From Sphyrna mokarran (Eukaryota), in contig JAGIQG010000016.1 in NCBI GenBank assembly GCA_024679065.1, positions 52,638,001 to 52,702,000 on the forward strand: DNA of 64,000 nt, written 5' to 3'. Numbering within the stretch: the first letter of the stretch is position 1; each line of letters begins with the position of its first letter. A program made the translations under genes and the position numbers. Below are positions 27,155 to 41,239 of the stretch, in pieces. The notes under the pieces were generated by a model. That model did not search any database, was not told the origin of the DNA, and saw only the letters and a program-made list of their open reading frames with translations.

Positions 27155-28041
27155 CTACAAGAGAAAATTTGTTCATTATTACCAGCATCTGTTGATTAAG
27201 CCCAACTACATTTCACTAAATGTTGTCAGTTTGCAATGACATAGCCAGACGTACACTGTATATTATTATTCCCCTGGGGTGAAACATCAACTACTGAGTG
27301 TGTGGATTCACACACTATTCCTGAGAAATTCCTGCCAGCAATAAACATTTTGGTTTCTAGAGTGACACATCATTGAGTCTGCCATAAGCTGTTCATCAAG
27401 AGAGTGGAGGGCATCTGTGAAATGCTGGGGTGGATGGGAGGTGAGAGACAAAGTGCCTCAGAGAGTGGATACGGATTTTAGGAACAGCGTTTCTGTAAAC
27501 TAGGTATAGGGATTGCTTCCATGAACTGAAGAGAAACAGTGTCTCCATAAACTGGGAGCAATCCCTTTTAGAAAATGATTCGTCCAGATAGAATTAGGGC
27601 AAAGTGATTCGTCTGTTCAATATGAATACATTAATAATCACTTAATTTTTCTATTATTAAACCAGGAATCAATGAACTGAAGATAAAAAAAGTGTTCCAA
27701 ATTAAATGAAGTACAACATTTTTGTCAAAATTCTAAATTATAAATGGGCACAGAATGAAGAGGGAGAGCACACCATATTTAGAAACTGTGCTTTTATATG
27801 TTTTCTAAGTACTGCTTTGTCTGCAAACACTCCACTATGAAACTCAATATTTTAGAAAATAGAATTACTTACAATTATTTTACATTTTATCCAATTTTTC
27901 AACAAGATTATTTTTAAACTACGTCAAAAGAACTAGCAGGCCTAAATAACATAGTATCATTCAAAGCCCTCCTTCTCTCTCAAATACTGCATCCGACATT
28001 GAAAAATACTTTAATAATTCATGATTAGAAGGTTAAAAGAG

Positions 28042-28087
28042 AATCTTCCTATGCAATATTGCTTAATCTTCCTATGCAATATTGCTT
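28042..28087. repeat. Perfect 23-bp tandem duplication
   Basis: aatcttcctatgcaatattgctt x2. Confidence 0.95.
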
Positions 28088-28999
28088 CATCTTTCTTGAA
28101 GAAGTATGTTCTCAAGAGTAACATTAACATACAAATAGCACCATGCTACAAATTTTCATTTCTTTTCAATGTCTTGTGACCTGGGACATATCAAGAAATA
28201 GATATAATACAAACATTTAAAAAGTGTAATTTTTAAATTGCTGTAATTTCAATCACTCAGCCAACCTTAAAGATATCTTACAGCCTAAAATATGGAGGAT
28301 TCAATTGGTTTGCTTATTGCCACCATTGCTCCCTTTTCTATGCAAGTGAGGACAGACATTAATGTCTGAGAGCCAGCCTCTCTAGAGACAGGTTAGAAAG
28401 ATTCAAGAATCTTCACATAAATTATGCATACTTTCAGTTCTAGTGGTATTTTTGCCCAGGTTGCTATGGTAATACAATGACTGTATATAATGGACACCAC
28501 AAGCCCCATTTCCAGAGCAATGACTTTTATAACAGCTAAAAGTTAAGATATGCAAAATCAAATCTTAAAGCTTTTCATTGCTAAGATGATAATGCAGTAA
28601 TTAAGGTGCTTAGTTCACAACTATGCTTATAAATTTGCATTCTAAGGCTGTCTCTCTCCATTCTGCCAACCACAACTGTAATTTCCCAGCATTTGAAGTA
28701 AGTGCTGAGAGGGCTCACCTAGTAATAGCAAAAAGGACCACATCAGGCTGAGGAAAGAAACAATCAGAGAAGTATATCTCACTCCAAAATAAGCACAACA
28801 TTTGGCTGAATAAATTGAAGCAATGCATTGCACAAAAGTTCATGATTCTTCTCTTGCACGAAGTTGAAGGCTGCACAAAGCCAAAAGTTTCTAAGTAGAA
28901 AAATGTGGGAAACTTATAAGCAAAAAAAATGCTCCCTTCCGTGCTCCTAGAACATGACAGTGCAATAAAGAACTAATGATCTGCTAAATGTAATCCACT

Positions 29000-29845
29000 A
29001 TACACTACACTACACTAATGGTTCTCTTCCAACCAGCTCCCACAGCTCAACACCTCCATCAAGGTCAACAGCAGAATCTTGGAAAATGTGGACCATTTTC
29101 CATATCTTGGGAGCCTCCTCTCAACAAATGCAGACATTAGTGAAGAAATTTAGTATTGCCAAGAAGCTAGCTCAATCTTTGGCTGCCTATGGATAAGAAA
29201 TATTTGTGGAACATGATCTCAAACCTGAGACTAAGGTCTCAGTTTATCAGGAAGCAATGCTCTTCAAATGTTTTGGAGACTTGGACAATCTAAAGCAGGA
29301 ACCTCAAGGCACTTGAGAAGTATCACTGCCTCCAAGTCCAGAGGCAAGAAAGCTATCATACAGCCTTTCCAAAGTCAACATGCCCAGTATCTAGGCACTA
29401 ATCATTCAAAAGAAACTCTGCTGGGCAGAGCATGTTGCTCCTGTGCGTGATGCTGGAATCCCAACGCAACTGTCCTCCACAGAGCTGTTGTGGCAATGAG
29501 AGCAGCGGAAATACTTAGGTATGGTGTCAAAGCATCCCTGAAGAGATCAAACACCCTGTTGACCCATGAGAGCCCCTGGCATTTGGCCAACCAAAATGGA
29601 AAAGGTTTATTTAGGAAGACACTGAACACAACAAAAGATTTCATCAAGAGAACACAAAGGAAAGTTGAAACATTAGGAGACTGCACACAAACCTCTAAAC
29701 ACCTTAAGTGCCCAACTCTTCAAGCACCACCTACTCACATGTGGCAAAGACTACACATTGCACACTGGACATACCAGCCATTTCAGAACCCATCGAACCT
29801 GAGTGGAAGCAAAGCATCCTCAATCCCAATAGGCAGCCTAAGGTG
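29000..29845 (+). mobile_element. RTE-clade LINE 3' fragment
   Basis: Remnants of HFPYLGSLLS..ADI, DLKPETK..VY and KASLKR...; a related fragment lies at ~47075-47400. Confidence 0.75.
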
Positions 29846-30814
29846 ATTAAACACTGCAAGACTTGGGCCATTATAAAAATTTCCATACTTCTGTCACATC
29901 AAGCAATTTCATCAAGTTTCACACTGGCTTCAGTGAAATTTAATAAACAAGGGAAGTTTTTCTTTAAAAAGAGTTAAAATTAAATTCCATTTTGGGCATG
30001 CAATAGAATATTTTTTAAAAATTAAAAAAAAGCTAACTTATCATCGCTGTTTATTACATTGAATACATTGTACTAAAAGATCGACACAGTATGTCCTCAA
30101 TTTCTTCACCCTTTCCACATATCACAGAATTTCACACTACGTTCTGGTTGCCAAAAATATGCCTTGTTAAATACTCAGACAACCTAAAAGCATTATCTGT
30201 CAGGAGCAAAATGCGTCCCTTGCAGACATACATACACACATGAATATATTACATTTTATTAAGAATCACTAACATTAACAAGTCTCACTTCATTCATAGC
30301 TAAATCAATCTTCACAGCAAAATTGCCAAAGAAAAACCTTGCACAGACTGTATGGCAAGTTGCCACGAAAAGTATTGTACTTAACACTTTCACTAGGAAT
30401 CAATCCAATGCTTAGCATACAATTTCCATTAAAATAACAAGAATTCTTGAAATGGTTAGGATTGCATGAGTTATTGTACAGCTCAGTGTCTGTAGCTTGT
30501 TTACATGAGTGAATTCTGGTGGATAATTCAAACCAAACTACAGCATGCCACCACACAACTTTTTTGAGGGATGTCCTTGAATGTTTCCTCTTCCTGGTGT
30601 TTCACATACCATCTATGTCCTGTAACAGAACAGCATACAGTTGGCCTGCTTCCAAACTCTCTCTATGTTAATTTTGAGCTGGTTAAAAGGAAGTGCGTGA
30701 CAGCATGCCCCAACATATTCTTGATATTTTCTCAAATCCTATTGCAAAGCACATGGGCTCCATTTAGTATTTCTTTAAAACAATAGAATAATCGGGCATT
30801 CAGCACAATGAGTG

Positions 30815-32770
30815 AATAAAGGCTAAATAAAAGCAATAAATGTTCAGCAGGTCAGGCAACATCTATCAAGAGAGATTTCAGGTCAATGATCTTACATCAG
30901 AACTAGGATAAGTTAGAGATATAGTAAGGTTTTAAGCAAGTCAAAGTGGGAAGGGTGAGTATTGAACAGAACAAAGGAAAGATCTGCAATAGAATGGAAG
31001 GCAGGTGAGAATGAACAACAGTTCATGGTGCTAAGCCAAAAGGAGTGGTAATGGTCATATAAGGAAACAAAAGATGTGTCTAGGCCAGAGAAGTGTGAAT
31101 AGTAAAGTCATGAACAGCTGCCGACTATATACAAAAAAGGAGAGAAAAAAATCAAAACCAACAAAGAAGGAACAAAATTAGCGCAAAGGTTATAATCTGA
31201 AATCACTGTCAAGACCAAAAGGTGCAAAACACTTAATTGAAATGTAAGATGCTATTCCTTGAAGTTATATTGAACTTTATCGAAACTTTGCATGAGATTA
31301 TGGACAGAAAATCAGAATGGAGCAAAGTGGAGAATTGAAATGATAGGCAACAAGAAACTCATTTGTAGTCATGAAGGAGTTGCCTAATTTGTGCTGGGTC
31401 TCCTAATGCGGAATAGCCTACATTGTAAGCAGCAAGTACAGGATTAATTTGAAAGAAGTACAAGTGGATCGCCTGAAAGGAGTATCTGGGCTCTTGCATG
31501 GTGAGAAGGGAACGGATAAAAGGGCAAGTGTCGTATCAGCTGTGCCAGCATGAAAAGGTGCCGTTTGAAGAGGGAGGATGTTGCGGTGACTGCGGAGTGG
31601 ACCACAGTGTCATAGAGGGAACTGTCTCTTTGGAATGCTGAAAGGGAAGGGGAAAACACGGCTTGGTGGTGGTATCATATTGAAAAAGATGGAAATAGAG
31701 GTGATCTGCTGATGCAGAAGCTGGTGGGTTAACAGGTGAGAACACTGGGAATCTTATTAAAGTTCTGGGAAACAGGGAAAGAAGTGACAGCAAGAGATGA
31801 AATGGAATGTAGACAGTTGACAGCCATGTCAATCACACTGGGGTGGAATTCTAGGTTGAGGAAAAAAGGAAGACAGATTGGAAGCACTGTTTTTAAGGGT
31901 GCATTTATAGATGAAGATTGATTGATGAACGTAAAGAAAATGAAATAGAGCAAGAAACAGATTGTGAGGAAGTGTAATAAAGCTAACTGCAGGAGTTGAT
32001 GCGATTAAAACGAATATTGGTTGACAACCTGTTATCTGAAATTGAGACTGAATAGTCAAAGAACGAAAGTGAAGAGTCACAAATGGGCCATGTGAAGGCA
32101 AGAACAGAGCGCAAACGGAAAGCAAAATTGGTCAAATATTGCAACTCAAGATTGGAATGATGAATGTCCCACATTTCCCACAAAAAAGCAGGAGTAGCTA
32201 ATTTCCATGCAGGTTTTAGCACCTTTTATGTGAAGGAAGAGGCTAAAATCAAAGAAGTTGTTCAAAGTAAAAATGAGTTCTACCAGGCAGAGGAGAGTGT
32301 TGGTTAATGGGACTGGTTTGGCCTCTGTTCAAGAAAAAAGGAAGTCGTCCTCAGACCATTCTGTGGTGAATGGAAGCGCAAAGAGATTAGATACATATGG
32401 TGAAAAGGAGACAGTAAGTGCCAGGAAACTGTTCGGGTGCAAGAAGGCATTAGAAGAGTCACAATGTAGATGGGAAGAGAGTAGAAAAAAAGCAGAAAAT
32501 AAAGTCGAGATCAGAAGAAATAACTTCAGTGGGGCAGAGATAGACAGAAATGACAGACTGACTAGATCAGTCCTGTTTGTGGAAGGAAGCTAGAAGAGAG
32601 CATTCAAGGTTGGGAGACAATGAAGCTAAAGGCCACTTAGAAAAAATCTGCAGATAGCATGAGGCCAGTGACAATTTTGGGCATAATGGATTGATATTTG
32701 GTGGCTGGGTGATAGTCCAGTGCGGGGTAGGAGCAAATGTTATTAAGCTGGTGTTTGACTTCTGTTTTTC
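30815..32770 (-). mobile_element. Penelope-like element, decayed
   Basis: Terminal motif (gatgttgcctgacctgctgaaca) with a hammerhead-like remnant at 30876-30904; the body shows FPLPF..D.SL.D..VHS and GET-like GIY-YIG region remnants. Confidence 0.7.
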
Positions 32771-33399
32771 ACAGAACACTATTGCAGTGCCATAAAAATA
32801 AAATTGATGGAACTTACCCTCAAACTGAACTTGCTGCCATCATTTTATACTACAACAGTTCTACACTTGACAATAGGTTTAATGATGATGCTTGAGTTAA
32901 ACATAACTGAACAGAATCTTGCAGATTTGGGGGGAGATAGGTTGGAGTAATTGGTGGGGTGGCGATGAGGCAGAGAAATTGAGATGGTCGATGTTATTCT
33001 AACTGTTCTCAATGAAATGTTCAAGACTGGATAAGAGGCCAGAAGTAGGGAGCCAGATGAAGATGGGTAAAAGGGTCTGCTGAAGGTGAAGAGAAGGTGA
33101 GGGAAAACTCCCAGCCAAAGTGGATGCACAGCCAAACACAATAGAAGAAGACTGTGTCAAGCTCAAAAATCATTGGGGTGGGGACACACAAGGATGAAGC
33201 CGTGGCAAAGAATTAAAACTATATTGTGCATTTAATTTCATACATTGTTGTAACAAGAAGCTATCCATTACGCAACCAAACTATCCACCAATAATTATTA
33301 TTTGGCAGTAACAGCTTCACATTGAAAGATGACAATTTTTAAAACTGATGTGACAACAAGCAAAAGACCAAAACTAATACTTTACAATTTACATCTTTT

Positions 33400-35130
33400 A
33401 GAATCATAAAAGAGATCCTTCGGACCATTGAATCTGCACTGATATATTAGAAACACTTGAACTCCTACCTAATCCCATCTATCAGCAGTTGGCCTACAGC
33501 CTGAATGTTATGACGTGCAAAGTGCTCATCCAAATACATTTTAAAGGATGTAAGGTGACTGTCTCTACCACCCTCCCAGGCAGTGCATTCCAAACCATCA
33601 CCATTCTCTGGAAAAAAAACTTTTCCTCACATTTCTCCCAAAACCTCCAGTCCTTCAGCTTAAAGTCTTTAAAGTTGAAGTTAATTTATTAGTCACAAGT
33701 AAGGCTTACATTAACATTGCAATGAAGTTACTGCGAAATTCTCCTGGCACCCTTTTGGGTCAATGCACCTAACTTGCACGTCTTTCAGAATGTGGGAGGA
33801 AACCCATGCTGATATGGGAGAACGTGCAAGTTGCACACAGACAATAATCCAAGCTGGGAATCGAACACAGGTCCCTGGCACTGTGAAGCTCAGTAAGAAT
33901 TTAGCAACACCAATCTGTGAAGCAGCAGCACTAATCACTGTGCACTGTGATGGTAGCCTAAGTCTCCTTATGACTGACCCTTCAACTAGGAGGCACAGCT
34001 GCTCCTACGCACAATGTCCATGTCCCTCATAATTTTGTATATCTTGATCAGGTTGCCACTTCAGTTTTCTCTGCTCCAACAAAAACAGCCTACCCAACCT
34101 CTTTTCATAACTTAAATGTTCCAGCCCAGACAACATCCTGGTGAATCTCCTCTGCAGCCCCTCCAATCGCATCCTTCCAAGAATGTGCTGACCAGAAATG
34201 CACATAGTAGTCTAGCTATAGCCTCACCAAAATTCTGTACAGCACCATCATGACTTCTCTGCTTTTGTAATCTATTCCTCGACTGATAAAGGCAAGTGTC
34301 CCATATGTCCCTTTTCCATCTCCCTATTAACAAGGCCTTCCACCTTCTGAGACTAAGATCCCTTTGTTACACAGAACTTTCTAGTCTTCAACCATTCATT
34401 AAGTACTTTATTGTCAAATTATTCCTTCCAAAATGTATAATCTCACACTTTTCAGGGTTAAATTCCATCTGCCACTTATTTGCCGATTTGACCATTCCAT
34501 CTATATCTTCTTATAGTCCAAGGCACTCAGCCTAATCACCAATTTTTGTGTCACCTGCAAACTTACTAATCCAACCAACCCTCCCCCCTCCCCCCAAGCC
34601 ATAGTCATCTATGTCATTTATATAAATGACAAATAAAAGAGGGCCCAACTGTGGTATGCCACTGGACACTGGCTTCCAGTCACTAAAGCAGCCTTTTGTC
34701 ATCACCCTCCAACTTCTACAACTCAGCCAATTTAATAAATAACCCTGTATCCCGTGTGAATTTACCTTCTTCACAAGTCTCCCATGTGGGACTTTGTCAA
34801 AGGCTTTGCCGAAATCTTTCTAAACTACATTGACTGCAGTAGCTTCACCTATGCAGCTAGTCACCTCCCCAAAAATTCAATGAAATTTGTGAGGCATGAC
34901 CTCCCTCTGACTAAGCCATGTCATGCTGATTATTCTAAGAACAAAGAACAAAACAGCACGGGAAACAGGCCCTTAGGCCCAATGAGCCCGCGACACCACC
35001 TCAATGTTCCCACCTCTACCCGTGATCCCTGTCTATATGCCTGATTACGTTTTGCCTCTCCAAGTGGAGATAGATGCTCGCCTTCAAAAGTTTCTCCAAT
35101 AGTTTGCCTACCACTGACATGAAACTCACA
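33400..35130 (-). mobile_element. CR1 LINE fragment with nested SINE (33665-33945) and a short CR1 tail (~34935-35030)
   Basis: HG.V.GRSCLTNFIEF, ISKFAGDTK and LQRRFTRML motifs; 3' tail at ~33400. Confidence 0.85.
33665..33945 (-). mobile_element. tRNA-derived V-SINE
   Basis: Head gcacagtgattagtgctgctgcttcacag, B-box-like gttcgattccc, V-domain, and tail ...cttgtgactaataaa. Confidence 0.85.
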
Positions 35131-35139
35131 GGTTAATTT

Positions 35140-35890
35140 TGAAGCTTGTCAGGTTACAGATTTAAAGTCCACTCCAGAATTGAGTGCATAGCGTAGACCA
35201 ACACTTCAGTGTAGTACAAAATAAGCATAGCTAGAGGCATTATTCTTTGAATGAAATGTTAAATTGAGGACCATCTGTTTAAATGGACATGAAAAGACCT
35301 ATTGGCACTATTAGAACAACACCAAGCAGTTGTCTGGTATCCAAACTAAAAGTCCTAGTTACACCAACACAGTTTTAAAAATGCAACCAGTTATTTACCT
35401 TGGTTTCTGGAGTTTTGCTCTATGCGTCAACTGCCTTGTTTGTTGACATAATAAGATTCTTTATTCTTAAAAATAATGCATGTGTCAGGTGAGTGACATG
35501 TCTCGGTTGCTATCATTCTCTCCTCTGAACAAGTTTGTGACTCCAAGTTCAGTCCAGTACCTGAGTTCAAAAATACAGGAGACACTCCACTGCAGTACTG
35601 AAGAAATTCTGCATTGTCAGAGGTGGCACTTTTCAAATAAGACATTAAACAATGTCCCAGTTACCCTCTCAGGTGGACATAAAATGTGCCATAGCACTAT
35701 TTAAAAAGTCATCTCTGGTGTCTTCAGTCAACATCACAAGAACAAATTATCTGGTCATTAACAACATGCTGTTCTGTGGAAACTTGCTGTATACAGGTTG
35801 GTTGCCATTTTTCCTACATTCCAACAGTGATAACACTTTAAAAGTACTCAACTGGTTACAAAATATTGGGGCGTCTTGTCGTGGTGAAAA
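35140..35890 (+). mobile_element. Two adjacent Deu-type SINE remnants
   Basis: acactccactgcagtactga, tgtcagaggtggca, ggacataaaa...gcactatt and ttggttgcc..tttcctacatt motifs, partly repeated twice. Confidence 0.6.
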
Positions 35891-36014
35891 AGTGCATGAC
35901 CCTCTTTTAAATTGGTTGCAAAGCATTTGCAGATGCTCTGAAGACATATGAAGTGTTTTTTTTTCCTGATTAACTCCAGTTAATCTTTCTCAACAGCACT
36001 GAATTAAGATATAA

Positions 36015-37176
36015 TTTTTGATTTTTCAGAAGGCTTTCAACAAGTTCTCACATAACAGACAACTATGTAAAGTTAGAGCACATGGAATTGCAGATAATAT
36101 TTTGAGATGGACAGAAACCTGGTTAGCAGACAGGAAGCAAAGAGTTGGCATAAACGAGTCTTTTTCTGATTGGCAGTCAGTGACCAGTGAGGTTCTGTAG
36201 AAATCTGTGCTAGGACCCCAACTGTTTACATTATATATGAATGATTTGGAAGATGGAACTGAATGTATTATCTCAAAGTTGCAAATGATACAAAGTTGGA
36301 TGCAAGGATGAGCTGTGAAGAGGGCGCAGAGATGCTTCAGCATCTTGGATGGGCTGAATGCATGGGCACAGATGCAGTATAACATGAATAAATGTAAGGT
36401 TATCCACTTTGGTAGCAATAATAGGAAGACAAATTATTACTTGAAAGAGTATAAATTGAGAGAGGTGGATACTCAAAGAGATCTTGGAGTCCTCATGCAT
36501 CAGTCACTTGAAGTAAGTGTGCAGGTACAGAAGGCAATAAAGAAGGCAAATGGTACACTGGCCTTCATAGTGAAAGGAATTAAGCATGGAGATAGTAATG
36601 TTATGCTGCAATTGTATAGGGTATTTTGAGTACCATATGCAGTTCTGATGTTCTTATCTGAGGAATGATATCTTTGCTATAGAAGGAATACAACAAAGGT
36701 TTACCAACTGATTCCTGGGATGGCAGGTCTGTCATATGAGAACAGACTACGTTGGTTAGTAATACATTCACTGGTGTTTAGAAGAGTGAGAGGGGATTTC
36801 ATAGAAACTATTAAAATTCTAACAGGGTAAGACAAGGTAGATTCAGAAAGAATGTTCCCAATGGTGGGGTAGTCCAGAACAAGGGGCCATAGTTTGAAGA
36901 TAAGGAGTATAAACTTTTTAGAACTGAGGTGAGGGGAAATTTTCTTCACTCATAGGATGCTGAATGTGTGGAATTCAGTACTACAAAATGTGATTGAGAT
37001 TAAAACTTTGTCTGATTTCAAGAAGAAATTAGATATAGCTCTTGGGGTTATATAGATCAAGAGATATGGGAGGAGGGGGCTATCAGGATATTGAATTCAA
37101 TGATCAACCATGATCAAGATGAGTGGCAGAGCAGGCTTGAAGGACCAAATGGCCTACTGCTATTCTAGTTTCTATG
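36015..37176 (+). mobile_element. 5'-truncated CR1 LINE
   Basis: [20 protein letters not shown] and KCKVIHFG motifs; 3'UTR and tttctatg tail. Confidence 0.92.
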
Positions 37177-39699
37177 ATCTACCAACTCCTTATCTTAAAA
37201 GACAATGGTGTAAAAACAACAAGTAGTTCAGTTAATCTATCATTCGGCAACATCATCAGTGGTTGTAGCCCAATATTTAAGTGTCATTCCTTGCCACTAA
37301 TGGCCATGTTTGTGGCAATACAGAAGATAATCTATACATGAAAGACAAAGTTTGGATTTCACATGTTAGATCATCAACTATTAACCTGATTAAAACGTTT
37401 CTTCAATTGTAATACATAGGATGTGGACCAAAAAATAACTTGTATTCAGTTACAATGAAAAGCAGATGCTGAGTAGTTAATGATAAATAGGTGATGACAA
37501 GACTGCATTGGTAGAGTGCATGCTCCGTTCAAGTGATTTGTTTCCTAGTCTCAGTGCAAGTTAATAACATTTAAGTACAGCCTACTTAGTGCAAAAAAAT
37601 CTGATAACAGCAAGTTCAGTTTAAGGGCAAGTTCCATCCATTTTATTTCCTCCATTCATTTCTATGGCACTGCAATAAAGTTCTATGAAAAGCAAACATT
37701 TCCACAGTGAACCTAATTTTCAGGTACTTGGTGATCAAAGGTGTGCTTTTTGTTTCAAAGGCTGAATCATTTAAGGTGATCCATGTTATCACAATAAAAC
37801 ATCAAGAATTTTAATAGTTTATTTGTAGAGGCAAAAAAGACGACAAATTACCATTCTAGTATCCACCCGACTACTGCACACTCCTCTCTGCAACTTCCTC
37901 TTGTATTCCACAATTTTAAAATTCCAGCTTTGTTCACCTAACCACTACATATGCATGTTGCTCAATTGGTCTGTGCTATTTACTTTCAACCTGGTGAAGT
38001 CTTATACTATTGGCCTTGGTCTTTCACATTGGTTTCCTAACAAGATCACCTGGACTTTTCTTGGTAACGTATCTAATAACATTTGAGTTAACACAAAAAA
38101 ACCCACATATTACACTAACTTATAAATCAATAAAGATTTGCTCATGCAACATGTTACCAAGTTCTGGACCAATCAGAAACACTGTCCTTCTGATAAGAAA
38201 GACTTCAGTTTAGAAGTTTTTTTAATGTATTTCTTTATGGTGTAAAATTAGGTGTATAACTACATCGCCACATTAGAATAAATGAAACTTAGAGTATTAT
38301 GTTCATTGAAAGTGAAGTTTATTCAAATTCCTGAGAGACATGATAGTCCAACTATATAAATGCATTTATATAGTTCCTTTCTGCATCAAAAGCTTCCAAA
38401 AAGCAAGATACTCACTCTCTGTATTTCATGAAAAATATTAACTACCTTCCTAACAATCCCAATCCTTCTGAGAATATGGCAAATAAAGCACTAATCCAAT
38501 ACATTTTCAGAAGCTTTCTTTCTCTTTGTTGCTTAGAGCTGGTACACACATCTGAATATCTTAGTTGTGAGGCAAAATATAGAACAAACAGCAAATCTAA
38601 ACTGTGACTGGTTTTAGCAATCCCTTTTCAGAAAAAAACATAAATTGCTGGAAGAAAAAAACTGTAACATTAAGTCTTTGTATGTTAAGTATTCTCATAC
38701 AAAATTCAATGTTAAAGACTGCATTGAAACTAAGACCAAGAGGTTATTTCAATACATGAAGTCTCTTAAGTTTAATACGATTGTTTCTAGAAATGTAAAC
38801 CCTGTATCTTACTTTTGATTATTTAATCCAATATTTGTTTTCAGCCTGCATTTTAATTTATTTCCCTGAAACAAAATCCTTTTATCCGTTTTCCATTATC
38901 AATCAAATCAGTCACACACTTCCCCCCAAAAAATTCACTACACTACAAATTACCATTATAGCGTGCAGTTGCAAAACCACAAGTATAAATTACAGTAGCT
39001 TACTGTCTGGGCGACAAGTATAAAAGTTGATGTGCCATTCATTATATTGCACAATGCCATGCAGACGATATATTTAACAAAACCTTGCGATGGACTTGAT
39101 TTGGGAAGGCCAGAGAACGAGGGATCAATTTGCAAAAAGAATATTCAATTATGGATCGACGAGGCTGCAGCAGTTTGATCGATTTGTCCCTTTTTTTGGC
39201 AGACGCGGTAGAACCATCATTGGCGAAGACTAACTTTTTAAGAGAATTGAGGGAAATACCTAAATAATATAATCGTGGCTCCTGCCAAACACACCAGCCT
39301 TTTACGCTGTGACAATGAAGGGCAAAGATGATTTAAATGCATTCACAGACCGTACTGTAAGTACAACGGATAAGAAGGGGAATGGAGGTGGGGGGGGGGG
39401 GGGGTGGTGAGACAGAACGAAAGGCTTATCCCTTCTTTATTTCGTTAATCAAACTGTGAAGGGTTTATTTTAACTGGCGTGGCTCGAAAGGTAATAACAT
39501 TCATGTTAAGACACAATCGGAGGGGGGGGGGGCGGTTGGTTTAAAGCAACAACAAAAAAAGAAATGCTCGAAAGAAAGCAGGGGATAGTTTTAAAAAAGA
39601 TGCACCCATTCTCTCTCGTAAATACAAATCAAGAGGATTTTTTTGTGTCAACCGAACAGACTTCCTCACTGCAGATTTAATAAGTAAGCTTTTTAAAAA

Positions 39700-40560
39700 A
39701 TATATTTCGGCCAAGCATGCGCTTCTTAAGACAAAATGGATCAGGTCATTGCATTTTAAAGCCAAGTCTACTCCAGGGCTTCCCACCACCTCCTCCTCCT
39801 CCTCCCCACCCCCCGCCCCTCCACCTTCCCTCCTCTCCAACAACACTGGCAGACCCAAAGCTGCTCTCACTTACTCCTCCACTTCTCCTAGAAGATCGCC
39901 CAGCGCCGGCACTCACCTAATGCGCCCGCCGGCTGAGCCCTGAAAAGGAGATGGGGAGGTGGTGAGGGGTGAGGGGCGGGGGGGGGGGGGGTGCAGAGAC
40001 AGAGGGCAATCGGCGACTCCCTGACGGTTGGAAATGGAAAGGAGGTGTGGAAGGGAGGGGGGGGAGGTCGTGAAGAGGTCGCGAGCAGAAGGGATCCTGG
40101 AAAAAAAGAGTGGGGGGGGGGTAGAGGAAGGAGCACAGCGGGGTGGGAGGAGGAGGAGGTGGTGATGGGGGTACGCGGGGTTGACGAATCCGGTGATAGA
40201 CGGAGGCGAGCCAAGCAAGCATCAGCGGGGCTGACAGATGGGGATGGATGGAGACGGAGCTCTGACGTCACGCACTTCGCCGCCGCGCGGCTCATTTGGC
40301 AGCCAGCGGCCACCGTAGCGGGGAGTCTCGAGTTGCTTGGAGTGAGCTGGCCTCGCGCCGGGCGGTTGAGCTGGGGAAGGGGGGTAGATTTGGTTGCCAA
40401 GAGGCTGATTGGGGAGGCAGGTAGGCAGATAGTCAGGTGTGCCAAGGAAGAGAGAGAGAGAGAGAGAGAGAAAGAAGCCAGTCATCAGGGAAAGGGAAAA
40501 CAAAAAGAGAGGAGCCGTTAATGAATCGGGGTCAGGTCAGGACTAACGGGGTACGGGTTC
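39700..40560 (-). promoter_or_regulatory. Intronic CpG island, probable internal promoter of NOL4L
   Basis: The only strongly GC- and CpG-rich non-repeat block in the window. It has a full CRE palindrome TGACGTCA (40263-40270), CCAAT on the minus strand (40408-40412), GC-box-like ggggcgggg at ~39973, and G-runs and a GA repeat. Confidence 0.8.
39917..40240 (-). other. Putative alternative first exon of a short NOL4L isoform (3' boundary exact, 5' boundary estimated)
   Basis: Consensus donor CATTAG|gtgagt (gtgagt = 39916-39911) lies in gene orientation inside the CpG island, downstream of the CRE and CCAAT motifs. Confidence 0.65.
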
Positions 40561-41239
40561 CACCAGATAACATTAAATTGTTAACGGCCGATGGGAGAAT
40601 TATAACAGAATAATACCACTTTTTAATTCCAAGTCATGCAACTGAAAGTTATCCCTTCATTTTTTCCCCTGGCAAAAACAATCAGATTCTCAGTTATCAA
40701 TGTCCACAGATTGGATTAACAAACAGTTGAATTAATTTATTTAAACCCCAAATCAAATCTGTTTTCTACTTCTGTTCGTATATTAAGGTGTAATATTAGT
40801 AACCCATCATTCCTACTACAATATTGCTGAAACTTTGGGAGAGAGGGTAAGGTAAAGTTTACAGAAGTATAAGTTGCTTCGAAAATAGGCAACTTGATTT
40901 TTTTAGTCACTTGATTGTATCAGTAAAACAGCAATCAGGCTTTGAGGTATGATTACGTTCAATGTAATATAGAGCATGAACTGAGGTCGTTTTTACTTTT
41001 CTATAAGAGCCTTTAGACTTGCATTCAGATTGTTATAATGGATTGTGCAATGAAATGAAGGACTTCCTTTTGCAAGAAAAGGAAAGGATGGATTGCTAAT
41101 TTAATATCAAACATGCAAAAACGAGCAGGTTTCTTTTGGAAAATTTTATAAGGTCAAATGATTCACCCCAGGTGAGTATTGTCAAAACTTATATAGTTGT
41201 AACTAAGCTTATATTTAGTTATAATCATACTATGGTTGT

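Noticed and set aside
39541-40521. Several long overlapping ORFs in the GC-rich block
   Set aside because: Low-complexity Pro/Gly translations are expected from a stop-poor CpG island, and no domain was recognised.
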